Assembly (NCBI GenBank): GCA_040954595.2
Contig: CM082588.2
Coordinates: 2,640,144-2,704,143 of the forward strand
DNA: 64,000 nucleotides
Source of the DNA: Balanoglossus misakiensis
Taxonomy: Eukaryota; Animalia; Hemichordata
Reading direction: 5' to 3'
Translations under genes and position numbers: made by a program
Shown: piece by piece, positions 24,482 to 54,000 of the stretch
Layout of the letters: each line of letters begins with the position of its first letter
Position numbering within the stretch: the first letter of the stretch is position 1
Notes under the pieces: model-generated
What the model was told of the DNA's origin: nothing
The model's database searches: none
What the model saw: the letters and a program-made list of their open reading frames with translations, nothing else

Positions 24482-25184
24482 CTACCGATTGGACCAATTT
24501 AGTGAATGATGTTTGGCGAATTTTTCTGCTACGATGAAATCAGCACCGCCCTCTACAGCCCATACGATCATTTCCTGAACATCGATTTCACCAAAAGGTG
24601 AAAACGATACACATATACTAAATCGTCGAAGAGGGAAGTTTTGCGCTTTTATTTTCCGGATATATTCATTTCCCGGGAAATGAATATCTTGAACAATAGA
24701 AGGGAACGATGTCACCGTGTACTGATGAATCGTTGCAAATTTATTGGTACATTAATGACCCGGAAATCAGGAGGTTGCCTAGACACACGCGACTCTATCT
24801 ATCGCTCCCCTGTTATAAGACATGACGCTAGAGGGCTCCAAAGCGCCAGACCTTCCGGTCAGTAGAGGCCGTCACGCCATAAACATTTCACACAATACGG
24901 CGACATTCAGCACGTTCACACCCCAATACTGAATTCCACCGTTTACAACAACTACACTTATTACTATCCAAAGTAAAACTCCAACCTACCCTAAACATCG
25001 TCTTGATTTCTTGGCTTCTTCTCTCATTGCCTGGTTGGTATATGTTGGTGTTGCAGATATTACCGGCCATCAACATTCCAGTTTCGTCTGCAACTTCCCG
25101 AGCCATTTTTATCGCCTGTCGGTTCCTGTTCTCCAATGCGTTCTCCCTGTGGATGAGACGAGCATTCTCGTGAGTTGCATAGTA
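24482..25184 (-). pseudogene. Inverted partial BHMT-like copy: homologs of exon 3 (25184-24990) and a truncated exon 4 (24574 to about 24515, stop at 24482)
   Basis: [52 protein letters not shown]...MFR| and |[19 protein letters not shown] align to exons 3 and 4 of the intact gene with identical intron positions. Similarity stops after AEKF and a stop follows. No other exons were recognised nearby. Confidence 0.8.
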
Positions 25185-28100
25185 CTGAAGAACAAGAATG
25201 TTGCATCAAGTACATGATGTAACAGCTCCATGTGATCTCACGTTATCGTATAGGTCACTTTCATGACCCCTACGTAACCTTAACATCCTGGCATTTGAGT
25301 TTAACATTTTGACTTGAAACTCTCCCGGTCCCCAGCAAGCCATTCTTATTGTAATTGTACATTGTACTACCAAGCTAACATGTGCAAGGTGAATATATGT
25401 AGTTTCCTCCCGCTACAAGCTACCTGTCCAGAAAAATCAGTCTGCAAATGCTCATGTATTCAAATCAGTTGTAGCGCCCTCTTCAGATAGAAACGATCAC
25501 CGAACACTTGGCCTACTGTTTATTTTCGTTTAATAAAAATCCAATCACCCCCCCCCCCCCGACTACATGGGTAACGAGGACAGCCTAAGAGTTAAAAAAA
25601 CAATAATATCACATATTTTCGTGCTTTTTAACTTTCATCCCTCTCCCGATAGTTAAAAAGGACGCTACAAAAGAAAGTGAGCTGTCGGTACACTCTGCCT
25701 ATTTCTGCGATTACGTCCAGCAGAGTGCAACAATCTATCAATTATCTCGGCGCGAATAAAGCGGCATCTGTTGATAAATGATGATAACCAATTAATGACA
25801 GGGAAGCAAATTAACATTCTGACCTATCACTCAGCTGAACCATATTGTAAATGGCCCGTGGCAGTGAGCAACGAGATAGCGTACATGTTCAATGTGACAC
25901 GGCGGAGAAAGGAAAACAAAGACGATGTGTGATTGCAATCATCCGGTCCTCTTTTATCGGGTGAGGGGTTGAGCGGTAAACGGGAGCGAGGGTCAACTCG
26001 GCGTACTTCAGGAAGACATTCCCGCAGTATTAGAACAGTATAGATTGCATCTCATATCGATTTACCTCTTGAAAAAGAGGGATGTTACTCAAATTATATG
26101 TAAGAGCATCGACCGAAAGTGTTCTTTAATCAGCTTAAATATCAGAGCGTGGGTCGTTCAATTCGTTTACTTGGCAGACGACGCACGGCGCCGACGGTCA
26201 GCTGAACTTAATGGCCTGGTATATCACCTCTATAAATAAAGAATTTTTACAACTCGTAAATGTTAAATTTTACCCGTTAGAGATCCGAATTTATCTATTT
26301 TCACTCATTTGTATTGTTATTAAATGTATAGGCATGACAAATCGCTTTGAAAATATTCTGGTAGTAATATCTTCATCTTTTACTATAAGGTCCTTTGTCT
26401 GTATGGCATATTTTGGTCCATTGACACTGGTCCAATCAAACTCAGAAATTTCACGTTATTAAGCGAGAGAACTTCGAATATATCGAACTCAAAAGCTATC
26501 TGAATGTCTCGTCTTGATGGCTATAGTGGAATCAATGTTGACTGTCTCCAAAAGACAGACAGGCCCTGGGGAGGTATAGTTATCATCTCACCCCCCCCTC
26601 CTCTCCTCAAGTCCAAGCTTCAATACATGTCTAGCTGCTTAATCACAAACCATATTTCTATTCGAGGGCTAATGATCTCCATTATATACGCACAGACTTG
26701 GCCCGTGTGTGTGTATATACGGATTAGCAAGAGTAAAAGAGCCGATATGCGCTACAATGATGATAGCCTCAATTAATGCCACAAATGTGGCGTTCAGGGG
26801 CACGGCACAAAAGTGCACGGTCAGATAGGTGAGCGTGCCAGCTTGTGCTGACAGTCCTCTAGTCAGAATCTGACGCGACAGACATGACTGCATACGAGAA
26901 TTCAACCAGTTTCGATTGTTACTTAAACTGAATATTGTTTGTAAAAAAATTGCTGTCTGTCTCTCTGTGGCTCTCTTTCTGCCTCTATCCCCATCTTCCT
27001 GCCTGCTCTACCTGTATCTGCCTGTCTGGAATACTGCCTCGAAAACTATAAGTCTGCTCGCCCGTCCGCCCACCCACTCGTCTGTATGTCTGTGTATCAA
27101 CTCGTTACCCAATCATTTCAATGTCGCTTTCTCGTACTGAAAACAGAAATTTTGCCAGCTTACTTTTTAAAAATCACCTGCCACAAATCCTTTGATCAGG
27201 ACTAGAAACACCGGCTAAATCCTGGCTTTTCAGCCTAGGCAATGACAAATGCTTTCCAACCATCACAGTCACCCTTTACAGCAAAAACAAACTGCGAGGA
27301 GACAACTGCAAGCTCCCAGTCGATATCCATCTTGAGATTATTGATTTGCATAAAGTCGATATGGCAACTTTTCCCCGCCAATAACAGTCAGCTATATGTC
27401 TTTTTCATTACTTTGTAACCATCCATTCCATAGTCCCCCAGTATGGATTTCTTTGCGCGCTTTCAACGACGCGCTAACGACCAGAAATGAACAACATCGG
27501 TGTCTTTAATGCATCTTTAAGTAGAGCGAAATTGGTTTGGCTTTTTAATGGAACGGAATGGCTTCGTCAGAGTCTCCGGGCGATCGATTGATAACGGACA
27601 GGTGCAGTCATTATTGGGGGAAACGTGTATCTCAAGCTGGCCTCGTCAAGGAGAGATAAACCGGCAGAGATTCCACTCGTGCCGATAATCAGACAAAGGA
27701 AAGAGACACTTCGCAGTCACTTGCCGAGGAAATCGTTAGGCAATACCAAGGCGGGTTATGGAACTAATAGTCAATACACGACGCATTTGGTGTTTCCCTT
27801 TGAAGACAGCTTATCAGCGTTGTCAAGGGGCGCAGTTACATTTTGCGACACTTGAAAATATGCATGTGTATAGTGGGGGCACGGAAAATGTCACTTCGCA
27901 AAATCCGATTGGCGTCTTGTCGCATAAGATTGACTCATGAAACAAGATAAAACAGTGCTAAAATAGTCGAAGTTGCATCCTTTAAGGAAGACACGTGTTT
28001 CATAGTCTACTGGGCTGAATAATCAATCTCTCCCCCCCTTCTCTCCCCCTCCATCTTTCTCTCTTTCTTCCCTCCTCTCTCTAACTCTCTCTGTCTCTGA

Positions 28101-31100
28101 CAATGAGCTTGACGATGTACGGAAGTTATACGTTATGAGTTAATTTGTCGAGTGGGAGGGTGTTCCGCCTGCGCCTGCAGTTAACAACAGACACGTCAGT
28201 ACTTTCACGACAAGTAAAACAATGGCTGCACTCAACGATGACCAAGCTGAAATTTTTAAATTTCTCGCGGCAATCGATCGTCCAAATCTGATGGCAGATT
28301 GGGATAGCGGTATTTCTCCATGTGTGATAAACATTCTATACTTTCTGTGTCGACTTGGTTCCGCCTTGCTCTTTGCTTTCTTTCCGTGCGACCGATTTAA
28401 CAGTACTCCCCCACATGTATATGTGGAACAATAGGGTGTAAGCAGGGCAACACTTTAAGGTCAAATCTCACGTCAGGGTCGACTATTAGATTAAGAATCG
28501 CCCGTCGCCCTCGGGCGGCCGTAAATAATCATTAAGCATTGTCAATGGTGTCCGCAGCCTGTCATCATTGTCAATACCAAGCTCTGAACCAACTGTGACA
28601 TGGGCGCATGAATAGTTCCGACAAAATGCACACGGCACTCTTTGTCTTTCTAACAAACAGCTTGCCGCTATGTAGACTTTCTCTGACTGTGGTGTGATTC
28701 CGGGGCAGTGATTAATGGTGTAGACTAAAGGCCCTCACATATCAAGATATCAGCTTTATTTTGTCAAGTTTATGTGCAGGGTTGCCGTCGACAAGCCCGA
28801 AAACTAACTGTGCTTAAGCAATGAGGACATAAACGAGATTAAAATACCTCTGGACGACGTCGAATCTGCTTTTTATAATGTAGTTGCGACGGTACTTAAA
28901 TTGCTCAGTTTGCAGGAATGCCACAGGATCCTTTTAACATCATACTGCAATATATGAAGAGTTCTGTAAAGTTAGTCCACCAACGACCGCACAGACTTTA
29001 GACAGGAATACGGACGGTGGTGGGAAGATTAACGTTATTTCTAAAACACTTTTCGGTGTATACTCAATCCTGTCAAAATGTGTCAAAAATTGGAAAAAAA
29101 TTAAGGTAGTAATGGCTTGTGAATGAGAGGGCAAACACAGCATAAGAAACCCGAAGAAAAGTAAAAAGTTACAGATAGTGAACCTTAAAATCTAACAAAT
29201 CACGAACAATACTTGTTTGATATCGTTATAAGGTGTCAAATGCAAATATATTATAGCTGCCGGCTTGATGTAATCCGTTCATTTACTCTGGGCTTTCAGC
29301 GAACATTTGAAGTTGGGGAACACGTGTCGATAACAACGTACAGGCGGCGAGGGTGTTGATTGTGCCGTTGCTCTATTGGGACCCTGTGTCACGGTCAGGA
29401 CGGTGACACCGTTATTAATTTGGAGAACATCCTGTACGGATGAAGTGACAGCAAGTCAATCATAAAGCGAGCTTTTTATTGCAGCAGGACATCATGTTTC
29501 AGACGGCAGTCTGGTTCGAGATCATTGAACTCGTGCCCATTAGCCATGATGTTGGTTGAATTGATATAAATAATATGTTTTCGTTTTTGTTACTATGATT
29601 GGTCGAATCATGTCTATAATCATGACTGATCTGTGAATCTAAATGCTATAGTGTTAGATGGTACAGTTATTCCAACTTTCAGTTATTGTCTGCTGATTAC
29701 TTTTAGATGGTACTTCCGATCGGTTTCCAGTTAGAAAAGTCCATTGCCGCTGTAACTTTTGTCAACTTATAAAAACGTCTTCTGTGCACAACTTACATGC
29801 CCCCTCACTTAAATGTTATCGTTGACGATTGAATTAAAGAACCGACTTTAACAAGATAAATTTAAGAAATGGGGCGTTTTCACATGTTCATAAAAAGGGT
29901 CGTATTTGTGCAGCTGAACACAGTACTACACTACACTACAGCTCATTCCTTTTAAAGCCGTCGCCTGTAACTCAAGTCAGACATCTGTTACCCGCGGTGT
30001 AACGTTCAGGCTCTGATTTTTTCTTCAGGGCCTGGGCTTCGTCATTTTTTTGCCTCAAGCTGGTGTGTCCATCTTTTCTTTTGTGTCTCCGGCGTTTATG
30101 GAAGGACTCGGTAGTTGTAATTGCTGGGTACATATGAAACTGTGAAAATATATTGTCAGCTTGTCATAATCAACCGCCCAACGCCCCCCCCCCCCCCCAT
30201 CTCCGAAAGACATACCCCCGAAAGACATAGAAGTCACGAGCAGGCCCGCTAGCAGATTCGCACCCGCCATAGCGAATAAACTCCAGCAGCGGAAGCAAAC
30301 ACCCGCGACGTCACAGACTCCACTTAACGGCTGAGTTGAAGCACAGATCGTGCGACATTAACAAAGGTGGCATCTCGACCAAATGAAAACGGTAAACACT
30401 TTATGGTGTGGATAGCCATAACGTCAGTTAACTGCACACAGCTCAGAGCTAATCCTATCAACGTTACAAGAGAACAGGGCGCTCTTCAAACGGCCAACAC
30501 ACCGCATTAAAACTTCATTACACGTTAAGTAACCATTGCACATTCGACATGCAAACGGTCACATATGGTTATATTATAGCTCTGGGCGATTCAATTGTCT
30601 CAAGGTACATAAATTAGTCTAAATCTGAACTGAAACGGTGGGCCTTTCTTTGCATAGGATCATCATTAATTTTTTATGTCCGCCATTTTTAAAATGGCTG
30701 AATATCCACAATGAATTGAGATCAAACAACGTGATTTGAAATGTAATTTTTTTTCCGAAGATTTTTAGTGAGCGGGCGTCTTATTGGAGAAAGTGAATGG
30801 CGGCCGAGCTGGTATCTGGGCGTTTACGTCACGTAGCATGTGGGACTCCATGATTATACAAAAGTACAATTCTTGACGCGCGATTTCCCTAAATCGGACA
30901 TTTCGATCAACATGTTAAAGACAAAATCGGTTAATTGACGGTATAACTTTTCCATGCGGTACACCAACAGGCTAAATTGTCAGAGCAAAGGTTTTTTATT
31001 GGACGGATAAAACTTATTAGAGTATGGCATATAAAATGGTAATAAAGACATCGCTACAACATTGGTTGACCGACAACGGTCTAATGTCGTCATTAGCAAC

Positions 31101-31960
31101 AGTATTTCCAAGATGTTACCAATAAACGGTCGTTTACTGCCAGGTATAATTTGCATCATGTCCAAACATGATGGCTCCTATTCGCCACATCATATGTTGA
31201 GTTTTGCTTCAACAGTTAGATATATATGCATTCGTTCTCATTAATTTAAAGACTGGCACAGTCTGTCTGTCTGTCTGTCTTTCTGGCTAGCGTTACTGCC
31301 CTTCTGTCTTCTCGTCACGTGAGTACAACTCTGTCATCAGCTAGGGGATGACGACATTATCGTACTAGTCATTTCGGTTGCGGGTTTCCTCGTATTGCAT
31401 TCTGATGCAACCACCCACCACGCAATGGTTTCATCGGTGCATACCCCCCTTCCCCTCAAAATGGTTCAGGCGAGCAGCGTGCGTGTGTGTTTTCAGTCTT
31501 GCCATCGTTGCAGTCGCCCAAAATGTATGTAAATAACATAGCTTTCGTGTTTCAGGACTGAAAAGTCACGCACGCGACGGTGCAGTGTTGTTTTAAGCGA
31601 CGGCGGACCATGTGCGACCACCCTAAGCCTATTTACAACGGCCTCAAAAAAATTTACCTGCGTAAATCAACAACGTCCGCAACCTACCTTTGTTTTTAAA
31701 CACATTTCATTAATTTTTTTATTTTAAAAAAGATTGACTCCATCATACATTAGGCTACATATATCACAATTCCCACATTCCCCAGTCAACTATTCCGTTA
31801 AAAATTATTAAGTAAAGTATGACATGCGCAATCGACAAAAATATGCAAAGCATATGCGAACCCGCCGGCAGACCTGTGTCATCACCGTATGATGATTATA
31901 ATAATAATGATGATGATGATGTCGGTGATTATAAAACAATCTGAGAGAGGGGTTTAGTTG

Positions 31961-31968
31961 TATAAAAA
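31961..31968 (+). promoter_or_regulatory. Candidate TATA box of the NR2E/dsf gene
   Basis: TATAAAAA about 290 bp upstream of the inferred start codon at 32249, at the edge of a more GC-rich leader. Motif evidence only. Confidence 0.3.
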
Positions 31969-32248
31969 ATGAAGAGCCTAGGGAGTCTGGTGGTGGCCTC
32001 TTAACTTGCCCGCACCTGTTTCATTCCCAAGGCCCAAAGTGTACTTGTTAGTCAGGGAGGTAGCGACTTTTGTCAGACACTCTGGAGTTACTGAGCGAGT
32101 CACACAGATCAGTTTTCGGCAAGGGATACACGCAGGGGTCGACTCTCCCTCGCTCTCTTTCGTTATATACACCGACAAGGCGACTTTCTCGGCCGTCGAC
32201 GCAATCCAGTGGTCCGACGCTACGCCACAGGTTTTTTAAACGGCCACG

Positions 32249-49178
<16,930 letters not shown>

Positions 49179-50931
49179 TGTGACACTCTCGCATCTTGCC
49201 TCTGGCGGCCTTCGACGTAATTTCCTCCGGACATCTTTGCATAAATTTGTGTACATAAACACCGACAACATTTCAACGTTTTACCCGTAGTACTCAAATT
49301 GACAACATTTCTAGTTTAAGGCGGACTATTAAAAATGAAAATATATTGTAATATGAACTGTCTTCCCTATATATTTGCCAGATTGATATTTTTTTCAATA
49401 ATATTATTATAGCCTAAAATCGATCACGCCTATCGCTTTTTATTGGTTGCTATGATTTAAAGCATGCGCAGTCGTTAATTCGGGTGATGTTGATGGGAGA
49501 TAGGGGTTTAAATATGTATTTATAGGGTGTGAAAAGTTCAGTAGTTTTTTTCGAAGATTACAAATAAATTTGACAAAAGTTCATTTTGTTGTGTGCTGAT
49601 TTCATGGTCATTATAACCCCCCCCCCCTTGATCATTTCAAAAAAATGGGTGACTCCTTGTCGTCTTATATGAAAATTAAATCAGGCTGTATTTTTGGCAG
49701 AATCATGCAAGCAAAGACAGATTGAATAATACTTGGCCAGTTCCACATATGCACATCTGGAACACAGAGTCAATAGTCCCCAGATCACGAACAGAGAAGT
49801 GCTGCCAGGCCAACACACGGCTGTCCCATAATGCGCTTTTATGAAGGGCGGTTTCTTGTTTAAATCGCCCCTTTTATACTTTACCATTAAAAGCCTACCA
49901 TCGCTGATACCTGTGTAATAAACAGGGATTTCCCAAACGCACCAGCTACAACAGAATCACAGCATATGTACACATACCACCTGTGAAACCATGTTAGAAG
50001 TGGTACAATCAAATCTCCACGCGATAGCAATCATCCCTATTAATTATCGTTGATCCTTCAGATAGTAAGTGGATGGTGGAACTGCGAGACAATCCAACAT
50101 TGTTGAATACGTGGAAATGTAACAATGGGCGAAAAAATACAGCTTCGATTTCGACATGGATAATTCAAATAAACGCCTTGCACAAATGTGGATTTGACAG
50201 CACCTGTTCACGATGAGCATCGATGAACACGCACATTTTTATCACACGTGCCACCAAATTCGAGAACAGTGTTTACTTGACCCAGAATAAGGCTTCTGTA
50301 AGGACTTTGATATCCCTTAAATTCCAGTTATACTTCTAGTATCACAATAAAACCCTACACGTGGCATGCGTGGACGTGAACAGACAGCACCTGAGTCAAA
50401 ATCACATGTAAGCAGATATGTTGTGTATACAATTCTCTGCCGATATGAGCGAGAAAGTGCCCCCTTCGGTTTCGTTGACCTGATGTTAAGGCGTGTGTCA
50501 ATTGAAGCTCAACACGCATCGCTGCTTTAAATCTGCAAATATGGAAAACCGTGAAACGAACAAACGCGATAATTGCTACATTGAAACGTGCACGTGTGGT
50601 CGATTTCGCGTGTTTGTGTCTGTCCACAGCTATTTGCCAATCATAGCGCAGGCTAATCCTACACAACTCGAAACCGCACATTTCAAGCAAAATGAGCTTA
50701 TAAAGAAATACAATTAAAACACAAACAAATTGGGTAGTCTCATTTGAAGCAGGGCTTTCAGTCTGTGTAAGCGCAATATGAGACTTGTCGCTAATCCGCT
50801 TCACATAATTAACTAGCTGGAAGAAAAAGGTCTGCGGCCGGCCTAATTGCATGTGAGCGTATGCTATGCGAATAAATTTCCCTATCTCGCCGAGTTCCGA
50901 TTTGTTTATATCTGCCCATTGGATCACCACT

Positions 50932-51004
50932 GGAAATGAACACGCATACAAAGCCAACGAGTCATTGTGAAATTTGATTAATTTCAACTGAATGACTCCA
51001 TCTG
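50932..51004 (-). repeat. Dispersed repeat, copy 2 (inverted relative to 44354-44427)
   Basis: Minus strand reads cagatggagtcattcagttgaaattaatcaaatttcacaatgactcgttggctttgtat. Confidence 0.8.
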
Positions 51005-54000
51005 GTCTTGACGAAGCCCGCAAACCCTGGGTAACAAGGCAGGGAACCGGAAGAATGCATATTTATCATATCTTGGCAAAGGATCGCCCAGTCTGCAATT
51101 CCATCACCAATTGTTATTATTTATCTCATATGAAATGTATAATCCACATCAGAGAATCAGGGTGATCAATATCACTCTCATAAGAACACTTTATCAGTCT
51201 TAATGGATTCCTTAGACGTCTCTCAGAACAGTGACCATTGTCAAATTCGTTTACTTAGAAACATTTGATTTATAACATAGATATATTCTAAATCGACGAT
51301 TTTAGTTTATAAATATGTCTCTGTGAGACATTTGATCGCGTGGTGATTAATCTTATCAGTATAACCCTTGCTTGTAATAAATAGGTCTCCTTTCATGCAT
51401 GTATATCTTTTTCTTTCCTATATTCACCGCTTCTGTCTGTCTGTCTGTCTGCCTGCCTGTCTATCTGTCTGTATGTATGTATGTAAATGACGTAGGCATA
51501 TTGATCTACAAGAATATGTATGTTAAAATATGATATTTTAGCATTTTCTTTAACCAAAAGGTTTGGTTTCCAACATCACGGTATTTTCTTCACATACAAT
51601 GAAAATTCTCTTCCAAATCAAAGAAAGCCCATTTGTTTCAGTTTGTAACAAAAAATACTGCCATCATAAACATCAATCAAACATTTTTTGTTAAAAAGTA
51701 GGGACATCTGTTGGCTTGAATACCGAGAGGGTCAACGGTGAGGCATTGTGAACAGCGGTGTATATGCAGTGAACAATGCAACGCCAACAAAATCTGCCAT
51801 AAATTGAGTGCTATTAAAATGGGACTATGATTTAATCTAATATTTTCTGGATTCTCCATGCCTGGCATCAGCCCGCCGAGGTCACGTAATTGCGTGGCCC
51901 AAGACAAGCATGGGAGTAAACACTTATTATGGTGAAAACAAAGAGAGTGTTAGCGATACATCACGGCCTTGGAATGCCAAACAGCTTAGCTGAGATGGAG
52001 TATTGGTTTTGTGTGGTCGTTTTTCACCACAGACTTTAGAAAAGACAATGTTTTTACACCTACAATTCTACCAGGCCAATTTTCTCGACCGTACCTTATT
52101 TCAAAGCAACCGACCCAAACCGATTTTTACATGATGGAATATCCTGCAATTTGAGGACAATTTGCAGTTTTGCTCATGTCCATGTAACAGAACAACAAAC
52201 GATTGTGACCCGCACTGGTTAATATTTTTTCTACAGGAACGCAAAAACGAACGCAAACGTTTGTCTTGGGGTCCCGGAGAACGAGAACTCCTGGCCAGCT
52301 TTGCATTATGATGCTGTACATGTTTTTGTGCGTGCTTCGTAAGATGAAACTGGTGCGTTATTGCAAATGCCTGATAAATAACGTTATTTGCATGGTACTC
52401 GGCGTCATTTTGCCCAAAGAATCTTGGCAAAATGGTGGCCGCACAGCGCAGCCAACGGCAGAATTGGCTCACCAGACAAGCTTTGAGCCCAGTGGTGCAA
52501 AGCTTGATTCTGATTGGTGAATCGATTGATTCCAATTGATTCACAAAGTTGATTCTGATTGGTCAGTTTCTTTGTCAACCCACTTTTCAAACATGCGCTC
52601 AACAGGTGCTGGAACGCTGTCACCCAAAGTGCTTGGACAAAGAAACATATCGTGTCTGAATATCATATAATAATCACTTACATGTTCTTCAAGTTGAAAA
52701 AGCTCCACTTTATCATCAGATTTACCTGAAAAGAAATGTATATTTTTCAGCTAAAGAAATGCAATATATAATAACAGTTTGTCAGAGGGTTATCGAGTAA
52801 ATTCACACGTCCCAGATGCGAAAACCAGGCATTCAGAAGCGCGCCTGTCATAAAAAATATAGTATTATGAAATCCATTTTATTCAAAGTCTTCAACCTTT
52901 TCTCATACATGTATTTTGTTCAAGGTAACATAGATGATTATTCTGTCCTACAATTCCAAAGTAAAACAAAAACTATAGGCCACGATGCTTCCTGTTTAAA
53001 AGGGTGGGGTTGCATAGCTTCAAGAGTCTACAATCACGGTCGTAATTGTTGCATATATGAAATGATGAATCAATGAACACACGTGCAACTGGTTTGGGGG
53101 AGATTACTAGTAATTCTACTATCCTGGATCGTTACTTCCATAAAACTGCAATAAAATGACCTGTAAATCTAGTCAATATAAATTCTACAACGCTTTTTAT
53201 ATAAGCGTCATGGCATTAAATCCAAAACTCTTTACTCAATAAAACGGTTGTAACGTGTCCTCACCAACTGCACCTGGCAGTAAAGAAAGGTCGCCATGAC
53301 CGATACGGGTGTCGTCTTTATTTTGTATCATCTTTTTCCGAATTTCTCTGTATGGCACAAAGTGTACTTTCGGAATGCTGATATCCGCGGTGGCAATTTA
53401 TGCGACACATAATCAAACATCGTCATTTTTATTTAACCTGATAACAATCTTTCCAAAGATGCATAAACTTGTTCATATATCTTCGAACATTTGTCGCAAA
53501 ACTTTAATCGTTTTACAACAATAACAAAAAATCCTGAAATGCTAAGAATTGTGTTCATATAATAGAAATAACAAAGCATTTCATTCCTCGTCAAATATGT
53601 CTACAATTCTAAAAATAGATGTTTTAAATTTTATTCTGTACACGATCCTATCGGGGGAATTCAAAGGGTGGTGATGATTAATGCGACAGGCTATTCAATC
53701 AATCTTCTTTGTACCAGCAGTTCTGCCTGCCACAGACGCGTTAATCACGAAAAAATAATTCCACACACAATGAGGAGCACATACTTTCGTTTAGTACGCT
53801 GCACAGTTGTACATCATGTCGATGAATGGAGGAATAATATTAAAAACGCGAATAATAAAATATTTCGATGATGCGAAAACAAGACATTAATGAGAAATGT
53901 ATCCGATTACTTCACGATAAAAGTTTTTGCAGTGGTTGGTGTTTTCTCAAACTGTGAACAAGTTTTGTTGCGATAAAATGGGTGCGAAAGAAGCATTAAC

